A DNA stretch of 64,000 nt from Candidatus Marinacidobacterales bacterium (GTDB lineage: Bacteria; Acidobacteriota; Vicinamibacteria; Marinacidobacterales; SMYC01), in assembly GCA_965224085.1 (NCBI GenBank), contig CBDCYI010000011.1, positions 960,001-1,024,000 on the forward strand, read 5' to 3'. Each line of letters begins with the position of its first letter. Position 1 is the first letter of the stretch. Below, piece by piece: positions 1-8,974 of the stretch. Under the pieces are notes generated by a model. That model had not been told where the DNA came from, did no database searches, and saw only the letters and a list, made by a program, of their open reading frames with translations. Position numbers and translations under genes: made by a program.

Positions 1-1559
1 GGCGTCCGTTTCTGGGAGAATCGGCGACCTCCATTCTTTATAACATCGTCAACGAGCAGCCGGTGCCCGTCGTCGAGAGGAAGGAGAATATCCCTCAAGA
101 GGTCCAGGATGTTCTCGAGCGCGCGATGGCCAAAAAGGCCGAGGATCGCTTCGAGCATGCGGCCGACATGGCGCGCGAGCTCGAAAAGATCCTCACGGTG
201 TATCGCAAAACGCTTCCGCGGACGACGAAGGTGCTTCAAACAACATTGGACGAGCTGCAAGCTCTGAACCGCGCGGAGAATTGGAAGGGTCTGGTCGAGA
301 AATCCCGGGAGGTCGTCGAGCAATATCCCGAGTTCGACGAGGCGCGCCGACACCTACGGCGCGCCCTTCGGGCGCTCCACGAAGACGAAGTCGAGCGAAA
401 CCAGACCCAGGACGATCGTACGCGTCACCTCAAGGAGATTCAGCACGAGTTCACGCAGCTCTATGGGGAGAGCGCGGCCGGGACGGCGCAGATCGTTTCC
501 GAGGAGACGGAGCTAGTAACGGTGACGCCTACGCGCGTCGCGTCCGAGGCGGGTCCCGATACGCGCCACGGGGAAGAAGGCCAAGCCGACGCTGCCGTCC
601 GCGCCTTGGCCGCTCCGATTTGGGCGCTCGTCATCGTCGTGTTGCTCGGGCTTGCCGGGGGTTTGTATTGGATGTTCCTGAGGGAGCCGCCGGGCCCTCA
701 GCCGGTTGCGCATCCTTTGCGCCTCAGCTCTAGGCCGTCCGGAGCTGCCGTTTTCTTGGATGGAGTGGCCACGGGCCTCACGACCGTGGATGGAGGCGTC
801 GAGCTTCTCATCTCTGGCGTCACCGCAGAGGCGCATATTGTGGAAGTGCGTCTCGCTGGGTTCGAGTCGGCGTCGAGTGAGCTCGTGCTCGCGGAGGCGC
901 CCCCGGGTCCTCTCGAACTCGTCCTCACGTCCACGGCGCGCTTTTTCGAGCTCGTAACAAACCCCGAAGGCGTCAGCGTACAGCTCGACGGCGAGCCGGT
1001 GGACGGCGTGACGCCCCTGACCCTAGAGCTCGTCGATGGCGATCACGAGATCCAGCTCGCGAAAGATGAGTATGTATCGCGCACGGTCTCGATTGCTGCG
1101 GGCCAGCCACTTCCGGAAGAGGCCATTGCTTTGACGCCACTCGGCCGCCCGGGGACGTTTCGCGTGAGGGCGCCGTATCCCGTGGCCATTCATCGTGGCA
1201 ATGGCGTCGTCGCCAGCGCCTCGACGAATGCGAGCGTTCGGTTCCGACCAGGTAATTATCGGTTTCGACTGGTGGCGCCCGAGGTGTTTCTGAGTCGATC
1301 GGTGGAAGTCGCTATCCGTGAGGCGGAGACGATCACCCACGAGGCACCTCCGCTCGGACGTGTCAATGTGCGCGCGAATCCGGGGAATTGTACGGTAACG
1401 ATCGACGGGATGCGGGCGGGCTCGCCGCCTTTTATGAATCGCCAGGTCGTCACGGGCGTGCACGAGTTCGTGTTCACGTGGCCCGGAAACGTGACGGATA
1501 CGCAAAGTGTTAACGTCGAGGCTTCAAAGCCGACTTACGTCATTGGGCAAAGGCCTTGA
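1..1559 (+). CDS. Membrane Ser/Thr protein kinase with C-terminal PEGA domains (5' part lies outside the window)
   Basis: Begins with a kinase C-lobe-like tail (PFLGESATSILYNIV..RAMAK..EDRF). A TM helix (IWALVIVVLLGLAGGLYWMF) and three PEGA-like repeats follow (SRPSGAAVFLDG, TNPEGVSVQLDG, ANPGNCTVTIDG). The catalytic motifs are not visible in the window. Confidence 0.8.
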   Translation, partial: RPFLGESATSILYNIVNEQPVPVVERKENIPQEVQDVLERAMAKKAEDRFEHAADMARELEKILTVYRKTLPRTTKVLQTTLDELQALNRAENWKGLVEKSREVVEQYPEFDEARRHLRRALRALHEDEVERNQTQDDRTRHLKEIQHEFTQLYGESAAGTAQIVSEETELVTVTPTRVASEAGPDTRHGEEGQADAAVRALAAPIWALVIVVLLGLAGGLYWMFLREPPGPQPVAHPLRLSSRPSGAAVFLDGVATGLTTVDGGVELLISGVTAEAHIVEVRLAGFESASSELVLAEAPPGPLELVLTSTARFFELVTNPEGVSVQLDGEPVDGVTPLTLELVDGDHEIQLAKDEYVSRTVSIAAGQPLPEEAIALTPLGRPGTFRVRAPYPVAIHRGNGVVASASTNASVRFRPGNYRFRLVAPEVFLSRSVEVAIREAETITHEAPPLGRVNVRANPGNCTVTIDGMRAGSPPFMNRQVVTGVHEFVFTWPGNVTDTQSVNVEASKPTYVIGQRP

Positions 1560-1563
1560 TGAG

Positions 1564-1591
1564 CATTCAGGATTCAGCATTCAGCATTCAG
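1564..1591. repeat. Heptamer tandem repeat (CATTCAG)x4, intergenic
   Basis: cattcag gattcag cattcag cattcag; related short arrays near 42731 and 51002. Confidence 0.75.
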
Positions 1592-1620
1592 GGGCAGAGA
1601 CGCTTTTTAGGAGGTTTGTC

Positions 1621-3129
1621 ATGACGGGAATCTTGTGGCTTCGGGTTGGTTTGGTCGTGCTTTTCGTTATTCTTGCTTCGAGTCTTTTTGGGCAGGGGCC
1701 GCCGACGGAGCTGGCGCGGCAACACCTCGAGAGCGGGATTCAGTTCTACCAACAGGGGCGGTACAAACAAGCGCTCAATGACTTTCAGATCGTTGCGACC
1801 TCGATGTCGGGGACAGAATATGCGGACGACGCGCTTTTGCGAATCGGCCGCTATTATCTGGACATCGAGGAGGACTTCGCTAAAGCGAAAGACAGCTTGG
1901 ACGAGATCCTTCGAAGCTATCCGACCGGTGACGCAGCTCCTGGGGCCTATTACTACCTCGGCGAAGTGATCTTTCGATCCGACCGGGGCGGTACGGCCAT
2001 CGACGACGCTCTCGCCAATTATCAGAGAGTGTTTCTCTATCCGGGAAACGCTTATATCCCGGCCGCTATTTATTCGACGGGTTTGGCTCTCGAGCGCCAG
2101 GGCAAGTTCCAGGATGCTGTCGACGCCTATTTCCAAGTCATCGTGGACCACCCAGGCTCGGATTGGTCTGCGGGAGCCCAGCTCGGTGTGGGCCGCAGCT
2201 CGGTGCGGCAAGGCGTCCCAATGGAAGCCATGGCGCAGTTTCAAGAAGTCCGTAACAACTATCCGGAAACGGTCGAGGCCAAAGAAGCACTCAATTGGCT
2301 GACGCTCCTCTATCGTTTCTACGGAGCGCCCAGTCTTGGACGGGCGGTCAACTTTCGCCGCGACCCGACTTTCCGCGCGGCGATTGCCGACAAGTTCAAG
2401 GACGTCAAAGCCGTCCGCGTTTCCGTGGGCGGCATCCACGTCTTGGAGCGTGGCCGCAAACGTGTGATCACGTTCGACCGCACGGGAAAGCTTGCGGGCA
2501 CTAAGGCTGCGGTCGACCCTTACAGTTTGGCGGTCGACCCGCGCGGCCAGCTCGTCATCGCCAATAGTAAAGGCGTGGTCATCGAAGGTCAGCCCAAAGC
2601 TTTCAACGTGCCGACCGAAGATGGTCCGGAGCAACTCGAAAAGATCCACGCGGCGGCGCGCGATCGTCTCGGCGAGGTTTACATTTTCGACCAGAAGCGG
2701 AAGAACGTCCTTCGATTCAACGATAGTGGCGAGCTACTCGGCGCGTTCCCTGATAATAACAAGCGCGAGGTTCTCGCTCTCGAAGTCGACAAACGCGGCA
2801 ATCTCGTCATGCTCGTAAAATCCGATCGCAGCGTCAACGTCTACAACCCGGCGGGGCGGACCCTGGCTCGCATCACGACTAAAAAAGGTAAGCTGAACCT
2901 GAAAAAGGCGGTGGATATCGCGCTCGACCCGGCGGGTAATCTCTACATTCTCGACCAAGATCAAGCGCAGATCGCCGTGTTCGACGCGTCCTACAAGTTT
3001 CTTACTATGCTGACGGCTCAAAATCTCGGTGGAGGTGCGCTATCCAAGCCGATCAGCATGGATGTCGACGCTTCCGGAGATCTCTATGTTTACGATGACA
3101 AGGAGAAATCGCTTTTCCGTCTCAATTGA
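1621..3129 (+). CDS. Exported TPR (BamD/YbgF-like) plus NHL/beta-propeller protein
   Basis: AGGAGG RBS before ATG 1621 and a signal peptide. TPR repeats (ALLRIGRYY, AYYYLGEV, AIYSTG) are followed by NHL repeats (DIALDPAGNLYILD, MDVDASGDLYVYD). Confidence 0.8.
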   Translation: MTGILWLRVGLVVLFVILASSLFGQGPPTELARQHLESGIQFYQQGRYKQALNDFQIVATSMSGTEYADDALLRIGRYYLDIEEDFAKAKDSLDEILRSYPTGDAAPGAYYYLGEVIFRSDRGGTAIDDALANYQRVFLYPGNAYIPAAIYSTGLALERQGKFQDAVDAYFQVIVDHPGSDWSAGAQLGVGRSSVRQGVPMEAMAQFQEVRNNYPETVEAKEALNWLTLLYRFYGAPSLGRAVNFRRDPTFRAAIADKFKDVKAVRVSVGGIHVLERGRKRVITFDRTGKLAGTKAAVDPYSLAVDPRGQLVIANSKGVVIEGQPKAFNVPTEDGPEQLEKIHAAARDRLGEVYIFDQKRKNVLRFNDSGELLGAFPDNNKREVLALEVDKRGNLVMLVKSDRSVNVYNPAGRTLARITTKKGKLNLKKAVDIALDPAGNLYILDQDQAQIAVFDASYKFLTMLTAQNLGGGALSKPISMDVDASGDLYVYDDKEKSLFRLN

Positions 3130-5284
3130 GCTCTTGTTCGCGTTTCTGATCGCGGGCGCCGCGCCGGCCCAAGATCCGGTGACGCTCGAGGAGCAGGAGC
3201 TTGCCTTGCGGCTTTCGCAGCAGTTTCAGGAAGCCGTGGCACTGTTCGAAGACCAACAGCGGCGATCTCAGTCGATCGACTTCTTTAGTCAGATCATCGA
3301 GGAAGTCGACAACGATCGCCGCCTCCGCGAGACTGTTTCTGATGGGCTCGTGGCGCTCCAGCAGAGGGCACTCGAGCATCGGGCGCGCGCTTTTTTCAAC
3401 GCTGGCAATCTCCAGGGGGCGTCGGATGATTTCCGGCAGCTCTTGCTGGACAACCCTCGCTACGCGCTCGATGCGGAATCCCTATCGCCCAAGATCATCG
3501 ACTATTTCGAGGATCAGAAAAAGCGGCTCATCGGATATATCGCCGTTACCACGGAGCCTGCAGGTGCGCGCGTGATGGTCAACGGCAACTTCGTCGGGAT
3601 TACGAACTTTTTCCCCGTCGAGGTCCATACGGGAATCGCACGCCTCGAGATCACGCTCGAAGGACACGCGTCCTATATCGACGAAGAGCTTCGAATCATC
3701 CCCGGCGACATCGCGACGCTCGATCTCGCTTTGACGCGCACAAGCGCTCGCTTGCCCATCATCACCGATCCTCCGGGCGTCGAAATCCTGGTGGACGGCA
3801 CATTGGTGGGAACGACGTCCGGGACGCTCCCTCCAGATCTGCGTAGCTTCATGCCTGCCGACCTCGATCCGAATCGGCTCTCCGCACCTTTCGACCTCGC
3901 CGCGCTGCCAATTGGACGTCACGAGATCGAGCTGCGTCTTGAATGCCATCAGCCTGTCCGATTTCCTTTCAACGCCGAGCAGCCGCGGGACTACACGGCC
4001 CAGATCGTCAAGCTCGACGAATCGGTGGGCCGTGTCACTATCTCGTCCAACCCGACGGACGCGCGTGTGTTCCTCGACGGGAACCTCAAAGGGAATACGC
4101 CGCTCGAGCTCGACAAGGTCTGTTCCGGACCGCATCGCCTCGAGGTGAAGCACGCGACCGGAAAATATGTCGAAGACATCGAGGTCGGTGTCGATGAGGC
4201 CGTATCTTTCGAATGTCGGATCCGGCCGACGCTCGCGATACTCGGAGTGGCAGCGGACGACGACGTACCCGAGCGCGATCTTGCCGACATCCTCCAGAAG
4301 CTGCACGAAGAGCTGCGTAACTTGGAGCGCATGAACCTCGTCTTTGCCGATGCAGCGATCGTGGAGGCGCAGCTCGGCGCGGAGGGTCTGAACGCGTTCA
4401 TCGCCTCGAAGAGATCCTCCGAGATGACCCCCGAGCGGGTTCGTGAGCTCTCAGAGAAGCTCGGAGAAGCGCTGGAAGTCGAGGCGCTCTTGGTTGGCTT
4501 CGTCCCGGAGCAACGATTGACCAAAGACGTGGTTTTGCATTTCCTGGCGGTGGGTTCCACGGCTCCCGACACCTATCCGTTGAACTATCTCGACCCTCAG
4601 GCGCTGCCGGTGTTTCTTTCCGAGCTTTCGATGCCGACGAAGCTTCAAGGGAGCTGGGCGGGCCTACTGGCCATCGACACGAAGCTCCACGCCGGGCCGG
4701 TCGTGTTATCGGTGGCGGCAGGTGGGCCCGCGGAGCAATCGGGGATCCTTCCCGGCGACGTCATCGTGTCGGCGGGTGGCCAAACTGTGACCCGCGCGCT
4801 CGAGCTCTTAGAGGCGGTTCGGGCCGCGGAGCCCGGCTCCAGTCTCGCGCTCTCTGTCTCCCGCGGCGGCAGCTCGAGCGAGCTGGGCCTGAACGTAGGG
4901 ACGACACCGCTTGAATTGCCAATGGGCGATCCCCACTTTCTCTACAACAAGGCCATCGTCGACTTGCGGCACCGGATGGCAGTGGAGCCCGAAGTCGAGC
5001 ATTTGGCGCGGCTGAACGCTGGCCTAGCACACATGCAGCTCGGGGATTACGAGACGGCTCTCAAAGAATACTTGCCGCGGGTCATCTTGCCCGGGACCCA
5101 AGGCGTCTCACAAGGCACCGTGCTCTACCACATTGCGCTGGCCTACTTGATGCTCGGCGAGCGTGCAGAGGCGACCCGGGTCTTTCAGCAGGCGCTCGAG
5201 TTCCCCGGTGCGACCTTGCAGTCGAACGACGGACCTCGGATCCTGCCGCTCGTGCAGCGCAGGCTGCGCGAGCTTGGACAGTAG
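3095..5284 (+). CDS. Exported TPR-PEGA-PDZ-TPR protein
   Basis: Signal peptide, PEGA motifs (TEPAGARVMVNG, TDPPGVEILVDG, SNPTDARVFLDG), a PDZ-like segment (GGPAEQSGILPGDVIVS) and terminal TPR helices. Start codon approximate. Confidence 0.75.
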   Translation: MTRRNRFSVSIELLFAFLIAGAAPAQDPVTLEEQELALRLSQQFQEAVALFEDQQRRSQSIDFFSQIIEEVDNDRRLRETVSDGLVALQQRALEHRARAFFNAGNLQGASDDFRQLLLDNPRYALDAESLSPKIIDYFEDQKKRLIGYIAVTTEPAGARVMVNGNFVGITNFFPVEVHTGIARLEITLEGHASYIDEELRIIPGDIATLDLALTRTSARLPIITDPPGVEILVDGTLVGTTSGTLPPDLRSFMPADLDPNRLSAPFDLAALPIGRHEIELRLECHQPVRFPFNAEQPRDYTAQIVKLDESVGRVTISSNPTDARVFLDGNLKGNTPLELDKVCSGPHRLEVKHATGKYVEDIEVGVDEAVSFECRIRPTLAILGVAADDDVPERDLADILQKLHEELRNLERMNLVFADAAIVEAQLGAEGLNAFIASKRSSEMTPERVRELSEKLGEALEVEALLVGFVPEQRLTKDVVLHFLAVGSTAPDTYPLNYLDPQALPVFLSELSMPTKLQGSWAGLLAIDTKLHAGPVVLSVAAGGPAEQSGILPGDVIVSAGGQTVTRALELLEAVRAAEPGSSLALSVSRGGSSSELGLNVGTTPLELPMGDPHFLYNKAIVDLRHRMAVEPEVEHLARLNAGLAHMQLGDYETALKEYLPRVILPGTQGVSQGTVLYHIALAYLMLGERAEATRVFQQALEFPGATLQSNDGPRILPLVQRRLRELGQ

Positions 5285-5383
5285 AGCTCTATTGACGGAT
5301 CCTCCTTGGACCCCGCCCGCTCGTTCGATCCATACTTACTGCGAACCCCGCGTGCAACAGACCGCTTTGGGGACGAGGTATCG

Positions 5384-6913
5384 GTGGACAAACTCATCAT
5401 CCATCATGGCGACCGTGTCACCGAGCACGAGATCGGGGAACACCCGCTGCTTCTCGGTCGTGATCCGCAATGCGATCTCTTCTTCGCGGACAAGAAACTG
5501 TCGCGCCGGCACGCCCGTTTCGAGCGGGAGGGGAACCACCTCAGGCTCGTCGACCTCGGCAGCCGAAATGGCAGCTGGGTCAATGACGAGCGGGTCGAGA
5601 CCCAGCTCATCGCCGCGGGCGACTCGATGCGGCTGGGCTCGCTCGTCATCAACCTTTTGACGGAGAGCGAGCCCGAGGAGGACAGCACCGTTTACCTCAC
5701 TGCGGAACCCGCCGGTGCCGACGAGAGCGGGACGGTGATGCTGTCATCGGAGTCACTTGCCGCCGCCGCACCGGGCGGCCCCGAGCACGACGCGAACAAG
5801 GTGGTGGAACCCACCGGTGCCGACGAGAGCGGGACGTTGATGCTGTCATCGGAGGCACTTTCCGCCGCCGCACCGGGCGGCCCCGAGCACGACGCGAACG
5901 AGGTGGTTGAACCAGCCGGTGCCGACGAGAGTGGGACGGTGATACTCCCCACGACGGACACGCTCCGGCCTCCCGAAAACGAAGATGAACCAGATGAGTC
6001 AGGTGAGGAAGATGTCCCGACACTCTACCGGCCGGATAGCGACGGCACGGTCGTGCTGGAGAGCGCGACGCCGTTCAACGATGCCAAGACGGGGGAGGTC
6101 ATTATCCGGGGAGAGGTCGACCCTTCCCTGAAGGCGGCAACCCGCATCGTTTCACCAGAATCGCCGCCGGCGCGGAGCTCTTCCGGGAGCCTTCGTTTCG
6201 TGGCTCTCGTCGCTGCGATCTCGGTCCTCGCGGTCGCCGTACTGGCTTTGCCGCTCATGCTTACGCTTGGAGGCGCCCTCACCTCTGAGTCCGCGCTCCG
6301 CGCCCGCGCGCTGGTCGACTTGCTCGCCGCGACGAACGTGGCGGCTCTTTCTCAAAGCCCGCCAGAAGAAGGGTCGCTCGAGCGCGTCATCGACGAGCCC
6401 GGGGTTGTTGCTGCCTATGTCCTCGACTGGAGCGGCAACATTCTCGCACCGGATGGTGGCGACGCGGCTTCGCTTCCAAAGGATGCGCTCGAGGATGCGG
6501 CCGGTCTTCGGGCCCTTTTGACCCGCGATCTTGTAAACGGCGATGTGCTCATCATGACGCCGATACAAGGCGATGGACGCCCGATCGGCGTGGCGGTTCT
6601 ACAGTTTCGGCCCGCGACCGTGTCGGGCTGGTCCACGGTCATGCTGGTTCTTGGCGCCTTGCTGCTACTCATGGGCGTCGGGGCGGCAGTTCTGCTCGCG
6701 CGACGCTGGACGCTCGGCCCGCTGCGGGAACTGCGCGATGATGTCCTGGCGCTGCGTGAAGGCCTTCCTGGGACACTCCCGGAAGAGCGCCCTTACTCGG
6801 AGTTGACGGATCTCGCGAGGAGTTTCAACGAGCTGCTCGAGCAAAGAAATCCTGCGCCTGGCGATGACGCTTCGGCGTCCGGTCTCGACGCCACCGTGAT
6901 TCGACCCCGTTGA
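5384..6913 (+). CDS. FHA domain - acidic linker - TM - periplasmic domain - TM - HAMP membrane protein
   Basis: FHA motifs (LGR, SRRHA, DLGSRNGSWVN), two hydrophobic helices and a HAMP (PLREL..ELTDLARSFNELL). GTG start at 5384 follows GAGG. Confidence 0.8.
   Translation: MDKLIIHHGDRVTEHEIGEHPLLLGRDPQCDLFFADKKLSRRHARFEREGNHLRLVDLGSRNGSWVNDERVETQLIAAGDSMRLGSLVINLLTESEPEEDSTVYLTAEPAGADESGTVMLSSESLAAAAPGGPEHDANKVVEPTGADESGTLMLSSEALSAAAPGGPEHDANEVVEPAGADESGTVILPTTDTLRPPENEDEPDESGEEDVPTLYRPDSDGTVVLESATPFNDAKTGEVIIRGEVDPSLKAATRIVSPESPPARSSSGSLRFVALVAAISVLAVAVLALPLMLTLGGALTSESALRARALVDLLAATNVAALSQSPPEEGSLERVIDEPGVVAAYVLDWSGNILAPDGGDAASLPKDALEDAAGLRALLTRDLVNGDVLIMTPIQGDGRPIGVAVLQFRPATVSGWSTVMLVLGALLLLMGVGAAVLLARRWTLGPLRELRDDVLALREGLPGTLPEERPYSELTDLARSFNELLEQRNPAPGDDASASGLDATVIRPR
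5705..5945 (+). repeat. 102-bp coding tandem repeat (about 2.3 copies, 34 aa unit)
   Basis: Units start at 5705, 5807 and 5909 and encode EP[AT]GADESGT[VL][MI]L... Confidence 0.9.
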
Positions 6914-7053
6914 AAAGACAGCTGTCAGTTGTCCGTACTTGATTTCGATGACGATGTGCCTGGAACAGACTCGTCCCCAAAGTGGAGACACGGATAGTTG
7001 ACAGCCGATAGCTGAAAACAACGGACTACGAAGTCATGATACGCTCTACCCTG

Positions 7054-7250
7054 TTAACCCTAATCGCAAATAAACGTCACCGTGTCTGAGGTCTTTGGCC
7101 CCGTGAATAGCACCTTTTCCAGGTTCTGCATACACCGTGCAGAATCACCTATCGTGGCGGCGAGCGGGTGCCCCAGCATGAGCTTCTCGCCTGCGCCCAG
7201 TGCGGCTGTTTCGCGTTTTCGTGCTTCGAAGATTTTGCGATTAGGGTTAA
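7054..7250. mobile_element. MITE-like element, copy 1 (197 bp including flanking TTAA)
   Basis: Terminal inverted repeats TTAACCCTAATCGCAAA / TTTGCGATTAGGGTTAA; near-identical inverted copy at 63589-63786. Confidence 0.9.
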
Positions 7251-7266
7251 CAAGCCTAATCCATAC

Positions 7267-7608
7267 ATGAAGACCGACAAACAAGTAGACTACCCGTGTC
7301 TGATCGTGCCCGACGATCTTGGAAAGCGAACGCACTTCCCCATCAGGCGCCGAGAAGCGACGGTTGGCCGAGATCCGTCCAACGATATCTGTATTCCGGA
7401 TCATCTAGTGAGCAAGTTTCACGCGAAGCTTCTGGTCTCGAACCAGAGTGTCACGGTGATCGATCTCGACAGTGTCAACAGGACGCGCGTCAACGGTCAG
7501 GTGGTGACCCACGCGGCCGTAAAATATGGCGATGAGCTTCAATTCGCACGTGTGAAATGCGAACTGGTGTTCACGGACACCGAGCGGCGTTCGTCGAGAA
7601 TCGGATGA
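7267..7608 (+). CDS. Stand-alone FHA domain protein
   Basis: VGR..NDI..VSKFHA..DLDSVNRTRVNG FHA motifs; ATG 7267 lies just after the MITE. Confidence 0.8.
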   Translation: MKTDKQVDYPCLIVPDDLGKRTHFPIRRREATVGRDPSNDICIPDHLVSKFHAKLLVSNQSVTVIDLDSVNRTRVNGQVVTHAAVKYGDELQFARVKCELVFTDTERRSSRIG

Positions 7609-8056
7609 GCCTGTCCGAAAAACTCCATTCCGAGCTCGCGCTGGCCATGAAGGCCAAGCAGCGGACGCGTGTCGGTGTCATTCGACTGATCAAGGCAGCC
7701 CTCAAGAACAAAGAAATAGAGAATGGCAAGTCGCTCTCGACGGAAGAGGAGAACCAAGTTCTCCAGACGATGGTCAAACAGCGCAACGAAGCGATGGAGC
7801 AGTTCGAAAAGGAGGTCGCTCCGATCTCGCGAAGAAGGAGGCCGAGGAAAAGGAGATCATCCAGGCCTATCTGCCGGACGCGGTCTCTGAGGACGAGATC
7901 GAGCGCGTTGCCATCGAGGTCATCGAGGAGCTCGGTGCGAGCTCGCCCAAGGACATGGGAAGCGTCATGAAGGAGACCATGGCCCGGCTTAAAGGTTTGG
8001 GAAAGCCGGTGGATGGCAAGGCGGTGAACACCGTCGTTCGTACGAAGCTGTCTTGA
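7605..8056 (+). CDS. GatB/YqeY domain protein, frameshifted near 7812 (likely sequence error)
   Basis: MSLSEKLHSELALAMKAK..VKQRNEAMEQF in one frame, then AYLPDAVSEDEI..KDMGSVMK..VDGKAVNTVVR in another. Confidence 0.8.
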
Positions 8057-8065
8057 CGCGGAGCC

Positions 8066-8974
8066 GTGCTCAAGCCCGAAGCGATGCGACCCGGCGCTCT
8101 CGTCGGGATCATAGCACCCGCGAGCCCGGTCAAGAAGGAGTTCGTCGAGGCCGGACTCGCCGCTCTCGAAAAGCTTGGATTCAGGCCGCGACTTGGAAGG
8201 TATCTCTACGAGCGCGGGAACTACACGGCGGGCACGGCGCGGGAGCGCCTCGACGATCTCGTGGAGCTGTGGCGAGATCCCGAAGTGTGTGCGATCTTTT
8301 GCGCTCGCGGGGGCTACGGGAGCATGGAGCTTTTACGAGAGCTCGACGCCGAGAGCTTCCGTAGAAACCCGAAAATCCTACTCGGCTCGAGTGACATCAC
8401 GGCATTGCTCGGCTTCCTCGGGGCGCGTGCGAACCTGATTACCTTCCATGGTCCGATGGTGGCCCAGCAAATGGCGCGCGGAGCGTTCGATGCCGCGGGG
8501 CTTGTTCGAACGATTCAGTCCACGGATGCGATAGGCACTCTGACGCCGCCCGGAACCGAATGGCTTCATCCGGGCACAGCGGAAGGAAGGCTTTGGGGCG
8601 GTTGTCTCTCCATCGTCGCTGCGCTCGTGGGAACGCCTTTTCTTCCGTCCTTCGACGACGCCCTGCTTTTTCTCGAGGACAGCCACGTCAAGCCGTACCA
8701 AATCGACCGCCTGCTGACCCAACTGCGCCTCTCGGGCCGACTGGAATTGGTCCAAGGCATCGTCTTCGGCCAAATGCCGGATTGCGACCAGCATCCGGAT
8801 CAAGGCTATACGCTCCAAGAGATGTTGCGGGAGTGGACGGCCCCGCTCGGCATTCCCGTGCTTTTCGGTTTTCCCTCTGGGCATACGACTACCGATGGTC
8901 TGACGCTACCCCTCGGCATCCAGGTTCGCCTTGATAGCAACGGTCTTCATTTGCTCGAGGGTGCCGTCAAGTGA
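8066..8974 (+). CDS. ldcA: LD-carboxypeptidase (peptidase S66)
   Basis: APASP, CARGGYG, LGSSDIT, LFLED and FPSGH motifs; adjacent to mpl. Confidence 0.9.
   Translation: MLKPEAMRPGALVGIIAPASPVKKEFVEAGLAALEKLGFRPRLGRYLYERGNYTAGTARERLDDLVELWRDPEVCAIFCARGGYGSMELLRELDAESFRRNPKILLGSSDITALLGFLGARANLITFHGPMVAQQMARGAFDAAGLVRTIQSTDAIGTLTPPGTEWLHPGTAEGRLWGGCLSIVAALVGTPFLPSFDDALLFLEDSHVKPYQIDRLLTQLRLSGRLELVQGIVFGQMPDCDQHPDQGYTLQEMLREWTAPLGIPVLFGFPSGHTTTDGLTLPLGIQVRLDSNGLHLLEGAVK

Noticed and set aside
7060-7404. Small ORFs inside or crossing the MITE (also 63287-63745) as a transposase or peptide
   Set aside because: Too short, no catalytic motifs, and the frames differ between the two copies because of the indel.
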